64,000 nt of DNA. Source: Methanobacteriota archaeon (lineage in GTDB: Archaea; Thermoplasmatota; Poseidoniia; Poseidoniales; Poseidoniaceae). Below are positions 18,293 to 27,704 of this stretch, piece after piece. Numbering within the stretch: position 1 is the first letter of the stretch; every line of letters begins with the position of its first letter. A program made the position numbers and the translations under genes. The notes beneath the pieces were generated by a model, which worked only from the letters and a program-made list of their open reading frames with translations, searched no databases and was not told where the DNA came from. The DNA is taken from contig WTIT01000089.1 in NCBI GenBank assembly GCA_011526375.1, positions 3,337-67,336 on the forward strand, read 5' to 3'.

Positions 18293-20641
18293 TTGCTTTT
18301 GGTTGCTTTGGAAGTGAATATTTTGGAGGACAGGAGAGAGCGACAACTTAAGCAAGAAGCTCTTGATTATCATGAGGCTAAACCTCATGGTAAGATCAAG
18401 GTTGTACCAACAAAACCTCACTCCACTGCTCATGAATTGAGCTTAGCATATTCTCCAGGTGTAGCATATCCTTGTTTAGAAATAGCCGAAAAACCTGAAG
18501 CCGCTTACAAATACACCTCCAAGGCGAACTTGGTAGCAGTTATTTCCAATGGAACTGCAGTATTAGGACTTGGCAACATAGGGCCACTGGCTAGTAAACC
18601 TGTTATGGAGGGTAAAGGCTTACTGCTCAAGACCTTTGCCGACATCGACGTATTTGACATCGAGGTTGATACCGAAGACACCGAATCCTTCATTCAAACA
18701 GTGGTAAATATTTCCAAAACCTTTGGTGGGATTAATTTAGAGGATATCAAGGCTCCAGAGTGTTTTGAAATTGAGAGAAGAATTGCTGCAGAAACCGACA
18801 TACCAGTTATGCATGATGACCAACATGGAACAGCAATTATCTCAGGTGCGGCATTGATTAATGCTGCAGAATTACAAGATAAGCAATTAGACAGCATAAA
18901 TGTCGTAGTATTGGGCGCCGGGGCATCAGCAATCGCATGTGCCAATCATTATGTTGCTCTTGGCGTTAAAAGAAGTAACATAAAGATGGTAGACAGTAAA
19001 GGTATCCTTACCAAGAAACGTCTACAGAATGATGAATTAAACAAATACAAAGCAGATTTTGCTCATGATATTGAAGAGGGCGATTTAGCTGCTGCATTAA
19101 AGGGAGCAGACGTCCTGCTGGGGCTATCAAAAGGAGGTTTAGTCTCCAAAGATATGATTGCAAGTATGGCCGAAAAACCGATTATTTTTGCGTTAGCAAA
19201 TCCCACTCCAGAAATTACTCCAGAAGAAGTTAAACAGGTAAGAGAGGATGCAATAATAGCAACAGGTAGGTCAGATTATCCAAACCAAGTTAACAACGTA
19301 CTAGGATTTCCATACATCTTCCGTGGCGCTTTAGATGTCAGGGCCACTGACATTACGCAAAATATGAAAATGGCAGCAACGAAAGCACTTGCAGAATTAG
19401 CAAAGGAACCAGTACCGGATTACATTTCTGAGGCGTATGACGGGGCAACAATGCAATTTGGACCTGAGTATATTATTCCAAAACCGTTTGATCGTCGAGT
19501 TTTGATCTGGGAAGCATCTGCAGTTGCTCAGGCTGCAGTGGAAGAGGGGATAACTCAAGTCAGTAAAGAGGACTTTTCACTTGCTAAATATCGTGAGGAA
19601 TTAGAATCAAGACTTGGCCTCTCATATTCAATAATGCGCCATATGATTAACCAAGTCAGAGGCAGGGGGAAGAGAATAGTATTCCCTGAAGGAGATAATG
19701 AAAAAGTGATTAGAGCGGCAGCGCAGTTAGTTGAACAGCGAATCTGTCACCCAATCCTACTCGGCTCTAAAGAGAGAATAGACTCAATTGCAGAGGAATT
19801 AAATCTTAATTTTGAGTATGAGGCTTTTGATCCGAGGTATGATGATCGCAGAAAACTAGTATATGCTCCAGCATTATTCAAACGTAGGCAGAGAAAAGGC
19901 ATGACATTAGAAGATGCTGAAAGGTTACTGAAGAGCCGACCATACTTCGCTAGCCAAATGGTTGCTAGCGGTGATGCTGATGGTTTTGTAGGCGGAGTTA
20001 GTAGAAATTATGCCGATGTTTTGCGACCTACCATCGAGGTAATTGGTTCAGACTCATCAGCACACTGTGTAATTGGCTGTTACATGGTTAATGTCAAGGG
20101 CAAAACAATATTCTTAGCAGATGCTACAGTTAACGTTTATCCAGATAGCCCCACTCTTGCCGAGATCGCTATACAGACTGCTAAAATTGCACGACGTTTT
20201 GGTGTTAATCCGAAGGTAGCAATGTTATCTTTCTCAAACTTTGGTAGTACCAGAGCTCAACGCTCAACAAGGATTGAGGAAGCGATTGAGATAGCCAAAG
20301 AAATAGATCCAACACTGATAATCGACGGACCAATGCAAGCAGACACTGCATTAAATCCATCAGTGCAAGATGATTATCCATTCATGAACTTTCAAGGACC
20401 AGCAAACGTATTGGTCTTACCTAATCTTGCCGCGGCAAATATTGCCTACAAATTACTTGAGGAACTAGGCGGTGCAGAGATGACAGGGCCAATCCTTGAA
20501 GGAATGGACAAACCGGTTCAGTTAGTTGCCCGCTCGGACGGTGTAAGACATATTGTCAATATGGCAACAATTTGTGCTGCAGATGCCATACGACAGGATT
20601 CATATTGGGAGACATTGGCTGCAAGCCCGGATGATAATTAG
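18293..20641 (+). CDS. maeB: NADP-dependent malic enzyme, bacterial MaeB type with C-terminal phosphate-acetyltransferase-like domain
   Basis: ALDYHE..PHGKI N-terminus, malic-enzyme NAD(P) domain (VVVLGAGASAIA) and a PTA-like C-terminal half. Start is ambiguous among TTG/GTG codons at 18293-18323. Confidence 0.9.
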   Translation: MLLVALEVNILEDRRERQLKQEALDYHEAKPHGKIKVVPTKPHSTAHELSLAYSPGVAYPCLEIAEKPEAAYKYTSKANLVAVISNGTAVLGLGNIGPLASKPVMEGKGLLLKTFADIDVFDIEVDTEDTESFIQTVVNISKTFGGINLEDIKAPECFEIERRIAAETDIPVMHDDQHGTAIISGAALINAAELQDKQLDSINVVVLGAGASAIACANHYVALGVKRSNIKMVDSKGILTKKRLQNDELNKYKADFAHDIEEGDLAAALKGADVLLGLSKGGLVSKDMIASMAEKPIIFALANPTPEITPEEVKQVREDAIIATGRSDYPNQVNNVLGFPYIFRGALDVRATDITQNMKMAATKALAELAKEPVPDYISEAYDGATMQFGPEYIIPKPFDRRVLIWEASAVAQAAVEEGITQVSKEDFSLAKYREELESRLGLSYSIMRHMINQVRGRGKRIVFPEGDNEKVIRAAAQLVEQRICHPILLGSKERIDSIAEELNLNFEYEAFDPRYDDRRKLVYAPALFKRRQRKGMTLEDAERLLKSRPYFASQMVASGDADGFVGGVSRNYADVLRPTIEVIGSDSSAHCVIGCYMVNVKGKTIFLADATVNVYPDSPTLAEIAIQTAKIARRFGVNPKVAMLSFSNFGSTRAQRSTRIEEAIEIAKEIDPTLIIDGPMQADTALNPSVQDDYPFMNFQGPANVLVLPNLAAANIAYKLLEELGGAEMTGPILEGMDKPVQLVARSDGVRHIVNMATICAADAIRQDSYWETLAASPDDN

Positions 20642-20666
20642 GCCAGAAATCGAAATAGTTTGTTGA

Positions 20667-21500
20667 TTACTGCAATTCACCATCTTGATACATGATAATA
20701 GGTCGCTTCGGTCGCCAAAATGCACCTGTTACAAATCCGACGCATAATCCGCCAAATAGTAGATTTACCCAGCCGGAGTAAACGTAATCTCCCATGCCCC
20801 TTAACCATGGTATTGCGAATGAAGGAATTACTCCAAGTATAGTTGTCCACAATAGCTCTGAACGAATGTTTGCGCCATAATCAGCACGCTTGGGTACAAT
20901 TCTGGCAGCCCCCTTTCTAATGGGAGTCACGACTAGACGAAGCGATAATCCACTACTATCTCGGTCCATTGGGGCACTTGATAATGCGTGTATTGAACTA
21001 TTATTAGGATGAATTTCCATAGTCGCAGTGTGCCACTGCATTGGACCACGGTCTTGGAAAAGACGTGGCCTTCCATCCATCATTGCTCCTCTGTAGTTTG
21101 AAGATACTGCATCGGCTAGAATTTCTTTACTACCGGCCTTGCAGTCTATAATCGCACTATTTTTTGCATGGAGCCACTCACTTTGAGTTGGGCAGCGAAT
21201 TTCCCAATCTCCATCTAATTCTGCTACGCAGGCTGCAATGTCTTGGTTTAGTAATGATATGATTGCGGATAATCGTTCCTTGTTCCAAGTCCTCTCGTCT
21301 CCAGGTGACAAGTCAGAGCCTAGTATTGTAGATAATTCTGTTAAATTAAGCGGTTCTTTAGTGATAAAAAAATCCGGACATCTCACTTCATGCTTTGGCC
21401 TTTGACTGGCGTAAATCCATCCACCTTTATTTTCTCCAACGAAAATAGAATCAGCCTTGACATGATGAAACACAAGGCCAGCAAACTCGATATTTTTCAT
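20667..21500 (-). CDS. FGE-sulfatase (SUMF1/EgtB C-terminal)-like domain protein with C-terminal TM helices
   Basis: Pattern RPKHEVRCPDFFITKEPLNLTEL, CPTQSEWLHAKNS, NYRG and GLSLRLVV resembles the FGE-sulfatase fold. The C-terminus is hydrophobic. ATG 21500 is preferred over TTG 21542, which overlaps the upstream gene. Confidence 0.5.
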   Translation of the reverse strand: MKNIEFAGLVFHHVKADSIFVGENKGGWIYASQRPKHEVRCPDFFITKEPLNLTELSTILGSDLSPGDERTWNKERLSAIISLLNQDIAACVAELDGDWEIRCPTQSEWLHAKNSAIIDCKAGSKEILADAVSSNYRGAMMDGRPRLFQDRGPMQWHTATMEIHPNNSSIHALSSAPMDRDSSGLSLRLVVTPIRKGAARIVPKRADYGANIRSELLWTTILGVIPSFAIPWLRGMGDYVYSGWVNLLFGGLCVGFVTGAFWRPKRPIIMYQDGELQ

Positions 21501-21508
21501 ACTGAACC

Positions 21509-22222
21509 CTATGCTACTAACAGTTCCATTCGATTGTACCAAGCCATTCCACGGTTATGGTCTTGTAACAGAGAGAATTGAGGGAATGGTGATATCGATC
21601 TCATATAGCCAAACACTGAGAAGTCAACAATATTTGGTTTCATTCCACCAAAAAACTCCTCGTCGCCATGCTCATCAGTGAATTCAGTCAACAAATCATG
21701 CCACAATTGTTTAGGCTTACGACCATCTTTCTTAACACGTTTTTTGGCGATTATACCCCACATGATTGGAAAACCAGCCCAGGCGTACAATCGTTTAGAT
21801 ATGAAGCCAAATTTTTCTATTTTTGATATGCGAGTGGTGGTTTTGAACGCCGAGCCTAGTGTACCATATAGAATTGGAACAGTAGCCTTTGACATTTTTG
21901 TATCAGCCCATTCAAGCCACTTTGTTGTTCTTTCTTCATTACCTGTTGAGAGCAGTTTTCCACCGTTGTAATTCTCGTCGATGAATTTCATTATTGGTGT
22001 TGAGTCTGTGTGATATTGCCCGTTTTCATCGGTAAAGACGGGTACCTTACCCCAATCACCAGCGAATGAAACTGCTTTCTTTATTTTCAGACCATTAACT
22101 GAAACATAGTCAACATCTAGTTTGAGATATTCTATGATTCCTCTGACCTTCCAACAGAATGGACAGGTGTGCAACATGTGCAATGTCGCTTTTGCCATGA
22201 TGCATGGAAATGGGAAGCCCAT
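21509..22222 (-). CDS. Thioredoxin-fold glutaredoxin-2 / GST (prostaglandin E synthase 2-like) protein
   Basis: N-terminal CPFC redox motif in LHMLHTCPFCWKVRGIIEYLKLD, then GKVPVF and a helical GST_C-like C-terminal half. Confidence 0.6.
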   Translation of the reverse strand: MGFPFPCIMAKATLHMLHTCPFCWKVRGIIEYLKLDVDYVSVNGLKIKKAVSFAGDWGKVPVFTDENGQYHTDSTPIMKFIDENYNGGKLLSTGNEERTTKWLEWADTKMSKATVPILYGTLGSAFKTTTRISKIEKFGFISKRLYAWAGFPIMWGIIAKKRVKKDGRKPKQLWHDLLTEFTDEHGDEEFFGGMKPNIVDFSVFGYMRSISPFPQFSLLQDHNRGMAWYNRMELLVA

Positions 22223-22223
22223 T

Positions 22224-22598
22224 TCAATCCTTGTCTGTAGAATCTTGTACAGGCTTCCAGCCGGTTTTCCAGAATTCTAGATCATCGAGCCACTTCAACC
22301 ACTCTATGTCCGTGCAAGACAGTAATCGAATTGCGCGACTATCCAGTGCTTCCTTATTCACTAAAGATAGAGACCCATTGTCTAAGCATTCCTGCCATTC
22401 AACCTGCATTTGCCTTATTCTTCGCTTGGCTTCTTCGGGGTTGTCAAAATTTCTTTCGCACATGTCACGTAATTCTAGTAACCACGTTCTTCCATCTTTG
22501 GTGATGGGTTCAACGACTCTCTTGGGGGACTCTTTTTTCGAGAAAGGCCACCACCCCATATAATCCCGTAGTAGCAGTACTTTTTGAAGTTGGTTCAA
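22224..22598 (-). CDS. Hypothetical protein (124 aa, W-rich, no TM)
   Basis: ORF only. Its stop lies 1 nt before the start of the Grx2/GST-like gene, so the two are probably co-transcribed. Confidence 0.4.
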   Translation of the reverse strand: MNQLQKVLLLRDYMGWWPFSKKESPKRVVEPITKDGRTWLLELRDMCERNFDNPEEAKRRIRQMQVEWQECLDNGSLSLVNKEALDSRAIRLLSCTDIEWLKWLDDLEFWKTGWKPVQDSTDKD

Positions 22599-22651
22599 TA
22601 TTCTTCAAACCAAGGTATATCATTCAATAGTATAAATTGGCTGAGCCAGCC

Positions 22652-23077
22652 ATGGGAAGGATTACCGTTCACATCCATGGGCCAGCAAAAGAGAGGGCAT
22701 ACGGTGAAATGGTGAAGATTTATGGCGACAGGCTAAAATCTCGAGGAATAAACCTATTATTTCACAAGAGTAAAAAATCCGTAGATGCATATTTCACAGA
22801 GATTAACAAAAGCGGGTTGTTGTTTTTGCTGGATGAATCTGGTGTAGAACATACTTCTGCAGAATTTTCGAATTTAGTTAGAGAATGGACGGTAAGCGAT
22901 AAAGATGTTAATTTGGCAATTGGACCAGTAGATGGTTGGGGCGAATATAAACGGACTGCTGACCTAATTGCACTATCAAAAATGACTTTTCCACATGAAT
23001 TAGCAGCAGTTATGCTAGTTGAACAAGTCTACCGGGCAACAGAGATAATCAAAGGGACAAATTACCACAGGGTTTGA
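22652..23077 (+). CDS. rlmH: 23S rRNA (pseudouridine-N3)-methyltransferase RlmH-like SPOUT protein
   Basis: Size and pattern match the RlmH/DUF163 family: (M)GRITVHIHGPAKE.., LDESG, LAIGPVDGWG, and a C-terminal LVEQVYRATEIIKGTNYH. ATG 22652 preferred over TTG 22637. Confidence 0.7.
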   Translation: MGRITVHIHGPAKERAYGEMVKIYGDRLKSRGINLLFHKSKKSVDAYFTEINKSGLLFLLDESGVEHTSAEFSNLVREWTVSDKDVNLAIGPVDGWGEYKRTADLIALSKMTFPHELAAVMLVEQVYRATEIIKGTNYHRV

Positions 23078-23124
23078 GCAAATACTCAAAGAGAACCAAT
23101 AACTCGCAATGGTACTGATAGAGT

Positions 23125-23871
23125 ATGATAATTACCGAATCAACCGCTGTTTGGATGCTCTTAGTGTTTGACGCAGTCATTGGTACGGTATTGATATTGG
23201 GCTCTAAAAGCCAACCATTTCCAACCCCTGCAAAACGATTTGGCACATTGATTTTGATAATCACTGGACTACTGTTACTGGGACAATCCGCACCAAATCC
23301 AACTAGCCTAGAAGCCCATCTAGGCATTCTATCGGTTATTGGCGCATTCGGTTTGGTATCAGGTATTCATTACATGTTGAATACTAGGAGAGAGGTGTTA
23401 GTTGCACCGATGTCAGGATTTTTGTTTTGCGTTGGAGTTGCCGGATTGATTACCAAAACGTGGGACGAACTAACTAAATTTGAACACTGGGCAGGTTTCT
23501 TGGCCCTTGTTGTGCTAGCAGGTGGCCAGACATGGTTGGTGTTTCGTGGACTGCTTATTGGCCGCTTACCACTTGCCTGGAGCCAAGCCGGTATGGTTGC
23601 TCTTCATCGAGGTCAGCTACATGGCTCACATGGGGCAATTGAATGCTTTGAGAAAGCCTGGGATGGTGACGAGGAACATCTCAATCCAATGGCATATTCA
23701 GCGCTTTACAAGATCAATCTATTTCTCAATAATCAGCAGCAGGCAGACCACTGGCGCGAGCTGTTTTTGGAAGTAGGTGGGAAAAATTCCGTAGCAGACG
23801 AATGGCTTGCAGCAATCGATGAATGTTTGTCAGCGATGGGCGGATTACCGCCAGACATCGCCGATGAATGA
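23125..23871 (+). CDS. Membrane protein (about 5-6 TM) with soluble helical (TPR-like) C-terminus
   Basis: Hydrophobic helices through residue about 150, then a helical soluble tail. No family recognised. Confidence 0.45.
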   Translation: MIITESTAVWMLLVFDAVIGTVLILGSKSQPFPTPAKRFGTLILIITGLLLLGQSAPNPTSLEAHLGILSVIGAFGLVSGIHYMLNTRREVLVAPMSGFLFCVGVAGLITKTWDELTKFEHWAGFLALVVLAGGQTWLVFRGLLIGRLPLAWSQAGMVALHRGQLHGSHGAIECFEKAWDGDEEHLNPMAYSALYKINLFLNNQQQADHWRELFLEVGGKNSVADEWLAAIDECLSAMGGLPPDIADE

Positions 23872-23968
23872 CCACATTCAAGTAAAATCTAACCCCTTTT
23901 TGCCGAAAACGAGCAAAAAAAGCAACCTTTTATGTAGTTTGACGTACATATATGCTATTGATAACGCT

Positions 23969-24271
23969 ATGCAGACAGTAAAACAATGGAGAGTTTCACC
24001 GTTTATGATTACAATTCTTGTAGTTTGGTTCTTTGCTAATTTGCTATCTCAAATAGTGTATGTGGCAATATACGGAACACCGTATGATGGAGTTGCTATG
24101 TTAGCATCACTTGGATCATATTATTACTTGATACTAGCCTTTGAGTTGTTTCTTTGGGTGTGGTTATTATGTTATCTAATAGTCAACGGAATCAAACAGG
24201 TAACTAGAAACCGATTAAAGGAAGAAATTGGCAGTATAGGAGAACTATCCAAATCAACCTCTTTTGCGTAA
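23969..24271 (+). CDS. Small 3-TM membrane protein
   Basis: ATG 23969 (MQTVKQW..) chosen because the ORF-track start at 23807 overlaps the preceding gene. Hydrophobic helices. Confidence 0.4.
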   Translation: MQTVKQWRVSPFMITILVVWFFANLLSQIVYVAIYGTPYDGVAMLASLGSYYYLILAFELFLWVWLLCYLIVNGIKQVTRNRLKEEIGSIGELSKSTSFA

Positions 24272-24313
24272 TTCTTACGATGAATTCAAGACCCTTCTCG
24301 TAAAAAGGCAGTC

Positions 24314-24799
24314 ATGTCTGATATGTCCGAGATACCAATTTATTCTGGCCGTCCTATGGAAATTACCGATTTGTTAGATTATGAACAGGCCATAGACGAG
24401 GTACCTTCGGGTGCCAAGGTTGTTACGATAGAGGAAGCGAGATTAAGTTTGATTAGTGCTAGAAAATTGCTAATCGAATTACAGTCGATTAGTGATAATG
24501 CGGCAGACTTGACCGAAGAACTCGATATTATCCTCGAAAGTTACGATTCAAATCATGATCATGTGAGTGAGTTGGCAGATTATTTAGCAAGCATGATTCA
24601 ATCTTGGCATGGTGTGGTTGAAAAGTTGGAAAAAACTGGAGCAAAGATGGCGTGTTTAGACCCCGGTAGACTTGAATGGTACGGCGTTGTTGACGGGCAA
24701 CTAGTCTTGTATTCCTGGAGTCAAGGAGAAGAAGACATTGAGTGGTATCATGGCGTAAATTCCAGCTTTCTTTCCCGCAAACCACTCATAGAAGCATAA
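24314..24799 (+). CDS. DUF2203-like protein
   Basis: Coiled-coil N-terminus. C-terminal CLDPGRLEWYGVVDGQLVLYSWSQGEEDIEWYHG resembles the DUF2203 signature as I recall it. Confidence 0.4.
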   Translation: MSDMSEIPIYSGRPMEITDLLDYEQAIDEVPSGAKVVTIEEARLSLISARKLLIELQSISDNAADLTEELDIILESYDSNHDHVSELADYLASMIQSWHGVVEKLEKTGAKMACLDPGRLEWYGVVDGQLVLYSWSQGEEDIEWYHGVNSSFLSRKPLIEA

Positions 24800-24825
24800 G
24801 ATGCCATTGAACAGGCGGAAGGAGA

Positions 24826-25524
24826 ATGGTTCGGATTAATCGAGTTTATACCGGTAGTGGAGACGACGGAACATCCTCATTTGTAGATGGTTCAAGACAT
24901 AGGAAATCTCATCCAAGATTTGAAGCAGTCGGTACTTGCGATGAATTAAATTCAATTGTTGGAATTATTCGTCGAGAATGTGCCGATTTACCAAATCATT
25001 CAGACGGAGGCAGTAGTGCAAGTATCAATCGTATCCAAAAAATTTCAGCTGCAGCGTTAGATAGAATTCAAAATGAACTATTTGATTTGGGGGCAGAACT
25101 AGCATGTACTCCGCAAAATTTGCCCGATTATATGGAATTAATTAGCCAGCAACAATGCGATTCGCTAACCGATGAAATGGATGCTTGGATTGAAAATTTA
25201 GAACCACTGACCAGTTTCATTCTTCCATCAGGAACTGGTCCAGAACCAGTTATTCATCACGCAAGATGTGTTACCAGAAGATTAGAGCGCTGCCTTATTG
25301 CCATTCAAGATGATGCTGGCGATGATGCAGTAAGACCAGAAGCCAGAGTCTATGTTAATCGGTTATCGGATTGGTTTTTTGTTTTCGCCCGCTGGGTTAC
25401 TAAGAATCTTGGCGAGAGTGAAACACTTTGGACGCCTTTAGCAAAACGCATAGAATCAAGTAACGTTTCGGCTATGATAAAAAAATTCCACTCCAATGAA
25501 CGGGATTTTGAAAACTTAGGATAA
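24826..25524 (+). CDS. pduO: ATP:cob(I)alamin adenosyltransferase, PduO/MMAB type
   Basis: N-terminal RVYTGSGDDGTSS...RFEAVGTCDELNS motif and a helical bundle of the appropriate size. Confidence 0.8.
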   Translation: MVRINRVYTGSGDDGTSSFVDGSRHRKSHPRFEAVGTCDELNSIVGIIRRECADLPNHSDGGSSASINRIQKISAAALDRIQNELFDLGAELACTPQNLPDYMELISQQQCDSLTDEMDAWIENLEPLTSFILPSGTGPEPVIHHARCVTRRLERCLIAIQDDAGDDAVRPEARVYVNRLSDWFFVFARWVTKNLGESETLWTPLAKRIESSNVSAMIKKFHSNERDFENLG

Positions 25525-25926
25525 CCCTTTTTGTAAAGCAAATTCATGCGCCTTACTGATTACTGATTTTGTTTCTTTGTGGGTTGCCATATCTAAGGCT
25601 AATTCCCAGTCGAGCCACATGTAGTCTCTATGTTCATTTGACAGATTGACTGAAATTTTCTCTGTTGTTGCTAAGTACCAAAATACTTGCTTGTCGGTCT
25701 TTTTTCCTTTATGTTTGAAGCTATATTTTGTTTGTTCCTCAAACCCGTTGATGAATTCAATCTCGATAATCCCGGTTTCCTCACCCAATTCTCTGGCCGC
25801 GGTAACAAAATTGTCTTCGTCACTATCTTCGACATGGCCTTTTGGCAAATCCCAATGTCCTTGAGGGTACTGTAGGAGTAAGATAGCGCCATAATTGACT
25901 AAAACAACACCACAGGAGGTCTCCAT
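25516..25926 (-). CDS. NUDIX hydrolase (Ap4A-hydrolase-like)
   Basis: Nudix box PKGHVEDSDEDNFVTAARELGEETGI (REx2EExG), with one extra residue in the first spacer. Confidence 0.8.
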   Translation of the reverse strand: METSCGVVLVNYGAILLLQYPQGHWDLPKGHVEDSDEDNFVTAARELGEETGIIEIEFINGFEEQTKYSFKHKGKKTDKQVFWYLATTEKISVNLSNEHRDYMWLDWELALDMATHKETKSVISKAHEFALQKGLS

Positions 25927-25995
25927 GTTAGCCGGAATAAGTGATAAGTCAAGTTATTTATCCTAAATGAAGTAAAATTTTGGATATTTTATTGA

Positions 25996-26667
25996 TTGGA
26001 AAAGAAAGATAATCTCAAAGACTATCCTCGAAAAATAATCAACACTGCTCTCGTTAGTAATTATATATTAGAGATTAATGGGATAGATATGACCTCTTTT
26101 TTCACTTCTATAAAGGAAAAAATATTCGGAAAGAAAGAAGACATGAGAGCAGCAAGATTGGTGTCAGTTAGAAAACTTGCACCCGTAATTTTTTCTGAAC
26201 CTGGCAAGTTACTCTATGTTGGGGCAAGACATGATCGAATGGATTTCGGAGACGAATTGAGAGAAGCGGGAAACGAGTTCACCATTTTAGAAATATATGA
26301 ACCAAATGTGAAACATTTGACAGAAGTTTGCCCTTGGGCTACAGTTATTCAAGGAGACGTTCGCAGTCTAGAGGATTTTTCAGAAAATCAGTTTGATTAT
26401 GCTTTTTGGTGGCATGGGCCAGAACACATCAAAGAGGAAGAACTACCAGAAGCACTCAAAGGGTTAGAAAAGATTACCAAGAAAGCGGTTATTTTGGGAG
26501 CTCCATGGGGAGTTTATCCACAACACCATCTTCACGGTAATCCTCATGAAGAACACGAAGCATCATTGTATGAACATCATTTTGTAGATTTGGGCTATGA
26601 AGTCGAAGCAATCGGAGTAATCGATAAAATAGGGTCAAATTTGACAGCGGTGAAATATCTACAATAA
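25996..26667 (+). CDS. Putative class I methyltransferase-fold protein (degenerate SAM motif)
   Basis: LLYVGARHD..FTILEIYEPNV..GDVRSLEDF..FDYAFWWHGPEH follows Rossmann-MTase strand order. Start is TTG 25996 or ATG 26089. Confidence 0.4.
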   Translation: MEKKDNLKDYPRKIINTALVSNYILEINGIDMTSFFTSIKEKIFGKKEDMRAARLVSVRKLAPVIFSEPGKLLYVGARHDRMDFGDELREAGNEFTILEIYEPNVKHLTEVCPWATVIQGDVRSLEDFSENQFDYAFWWHGPEHIKEEELPEALKGLEKITKKAVILGAPWGVYPQHHLHGNPHEEHEASLYEHHFVDLGYEVEAIGVIDKIGSNLTAVKYLQ

Positions 26668-26726
26668 TCAACCCAAACCCGTCATTGTAACGGAAGTTAT
26701 ACATTCTATTTTCTAGCGGTAAGCAT

Positions 26727-27704
26727 GTGAGTGCGCTAGAGATACCTCATTTTACTCGAATTGTTGCAGATTCAGATTTTGATGGGCTATGTGGCGCAGC
26801 TATTCTCAAAAAATATAATCCTAAAGCGGATATTATGTTCAGTCATGCTGCTCAAATTAGAAATGGAAGCATGGATGATTATATCACCGATGAAACAGTA
26901 ATTGTTGATTTGCCATTCCATCAAAAATGTGGTTGGTACCTTGACCATCATCAAACTAACAGGCCAACAGATAAGCAGTCAATTGCATTTGCACAAAGTG
27001 GCGGCATTATCGATTGGCAACCAACACCATCGGCTGCTAGACTCGCTTATGAGAGAATAAAGCCTTATGTTGATTTAGCCAATTTTGTTGATTTAATGCC
27101 ATTTGTTGATGCTTTGGATTCTGGCGGGATTACGTTACAGGAATTTGTGGAAGATGGCGAATTGATGTGTTTCAGCCGAACTTTGTCACAGACAGAGTCC
27201 GAATATATGCTTGATATTGTCAATATGTTAGCATCGGGGTCAACAATTGATGAAATAATGAGTTTGCCTGAGGTTGTTAAGAGACTCGAATTCCAAAAAG
27301 AAAACCGAAAACAACTCAAGGAGATCGTAATCAACAATACAGAGATAGTTAATCGTTTGGCGATTTGTCATTTAGAAAATACCGGTTATTCTTCTAACGG
27401 GTATCTGGTTACAGCAACTTTCGGAGATTCAGTTGACGCCTGTTGTATATTACACGGATATAGCGATGGCGAAATAAATGATCCTAACAGGCCACCACTA
27501 TCTGCCAGTTTCTATGCTAATTCGTTTATTGAAAATGGTCAAAACAGATATGATTTATCACGCTTAGCAACTCGTTTTGATGAAAGTGGAGGCGGACATA
27601 TGAATGCTTGTGGCTGTCGAATTCAAGAGCCAGGGTTGGAGCATAATTTAGCTGAATGGCTTGACATGTGGAAGCATCGTGACACAGTATTGAAAGTAGA
27701 TTAA
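26727..27704 (+). CDS. DHH-family phosphoesterase (DHH/DHHA1-like)
   Basis: Motifs DSDFDG, VDLP, LDHHQTN and C-terminal GGGHMNACG. GTG start. Confidence 0.65.
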   Translation: MSALEIPHFTRIVADSDFDGLCGAAILKKYNPKADIMFSHAAQIRNGSMDDYITDETVIVDLPFHQKCGWYLDHHQTNRPTDKQSIAFAQSGGIIDWQPTPSAARLAYERIKPYVDLANFVDLMPFVDALDSGGITLQEFVEDGELMCFSRTLSQTESEYMLDIVNMLASGSTIDEIMSLPEVVKRLEFQKENRKQLKEIVINNTEIVNRLAICHLENTGYSSNGYLVTATFGDSVDACCILHGYSDGEINDPNRPPLSASFYANSFIENGQNRYDLSRLATRFDESGGGHMNACGCRIQEPGLEHNLAEWLDMWKHRDTVLKVD

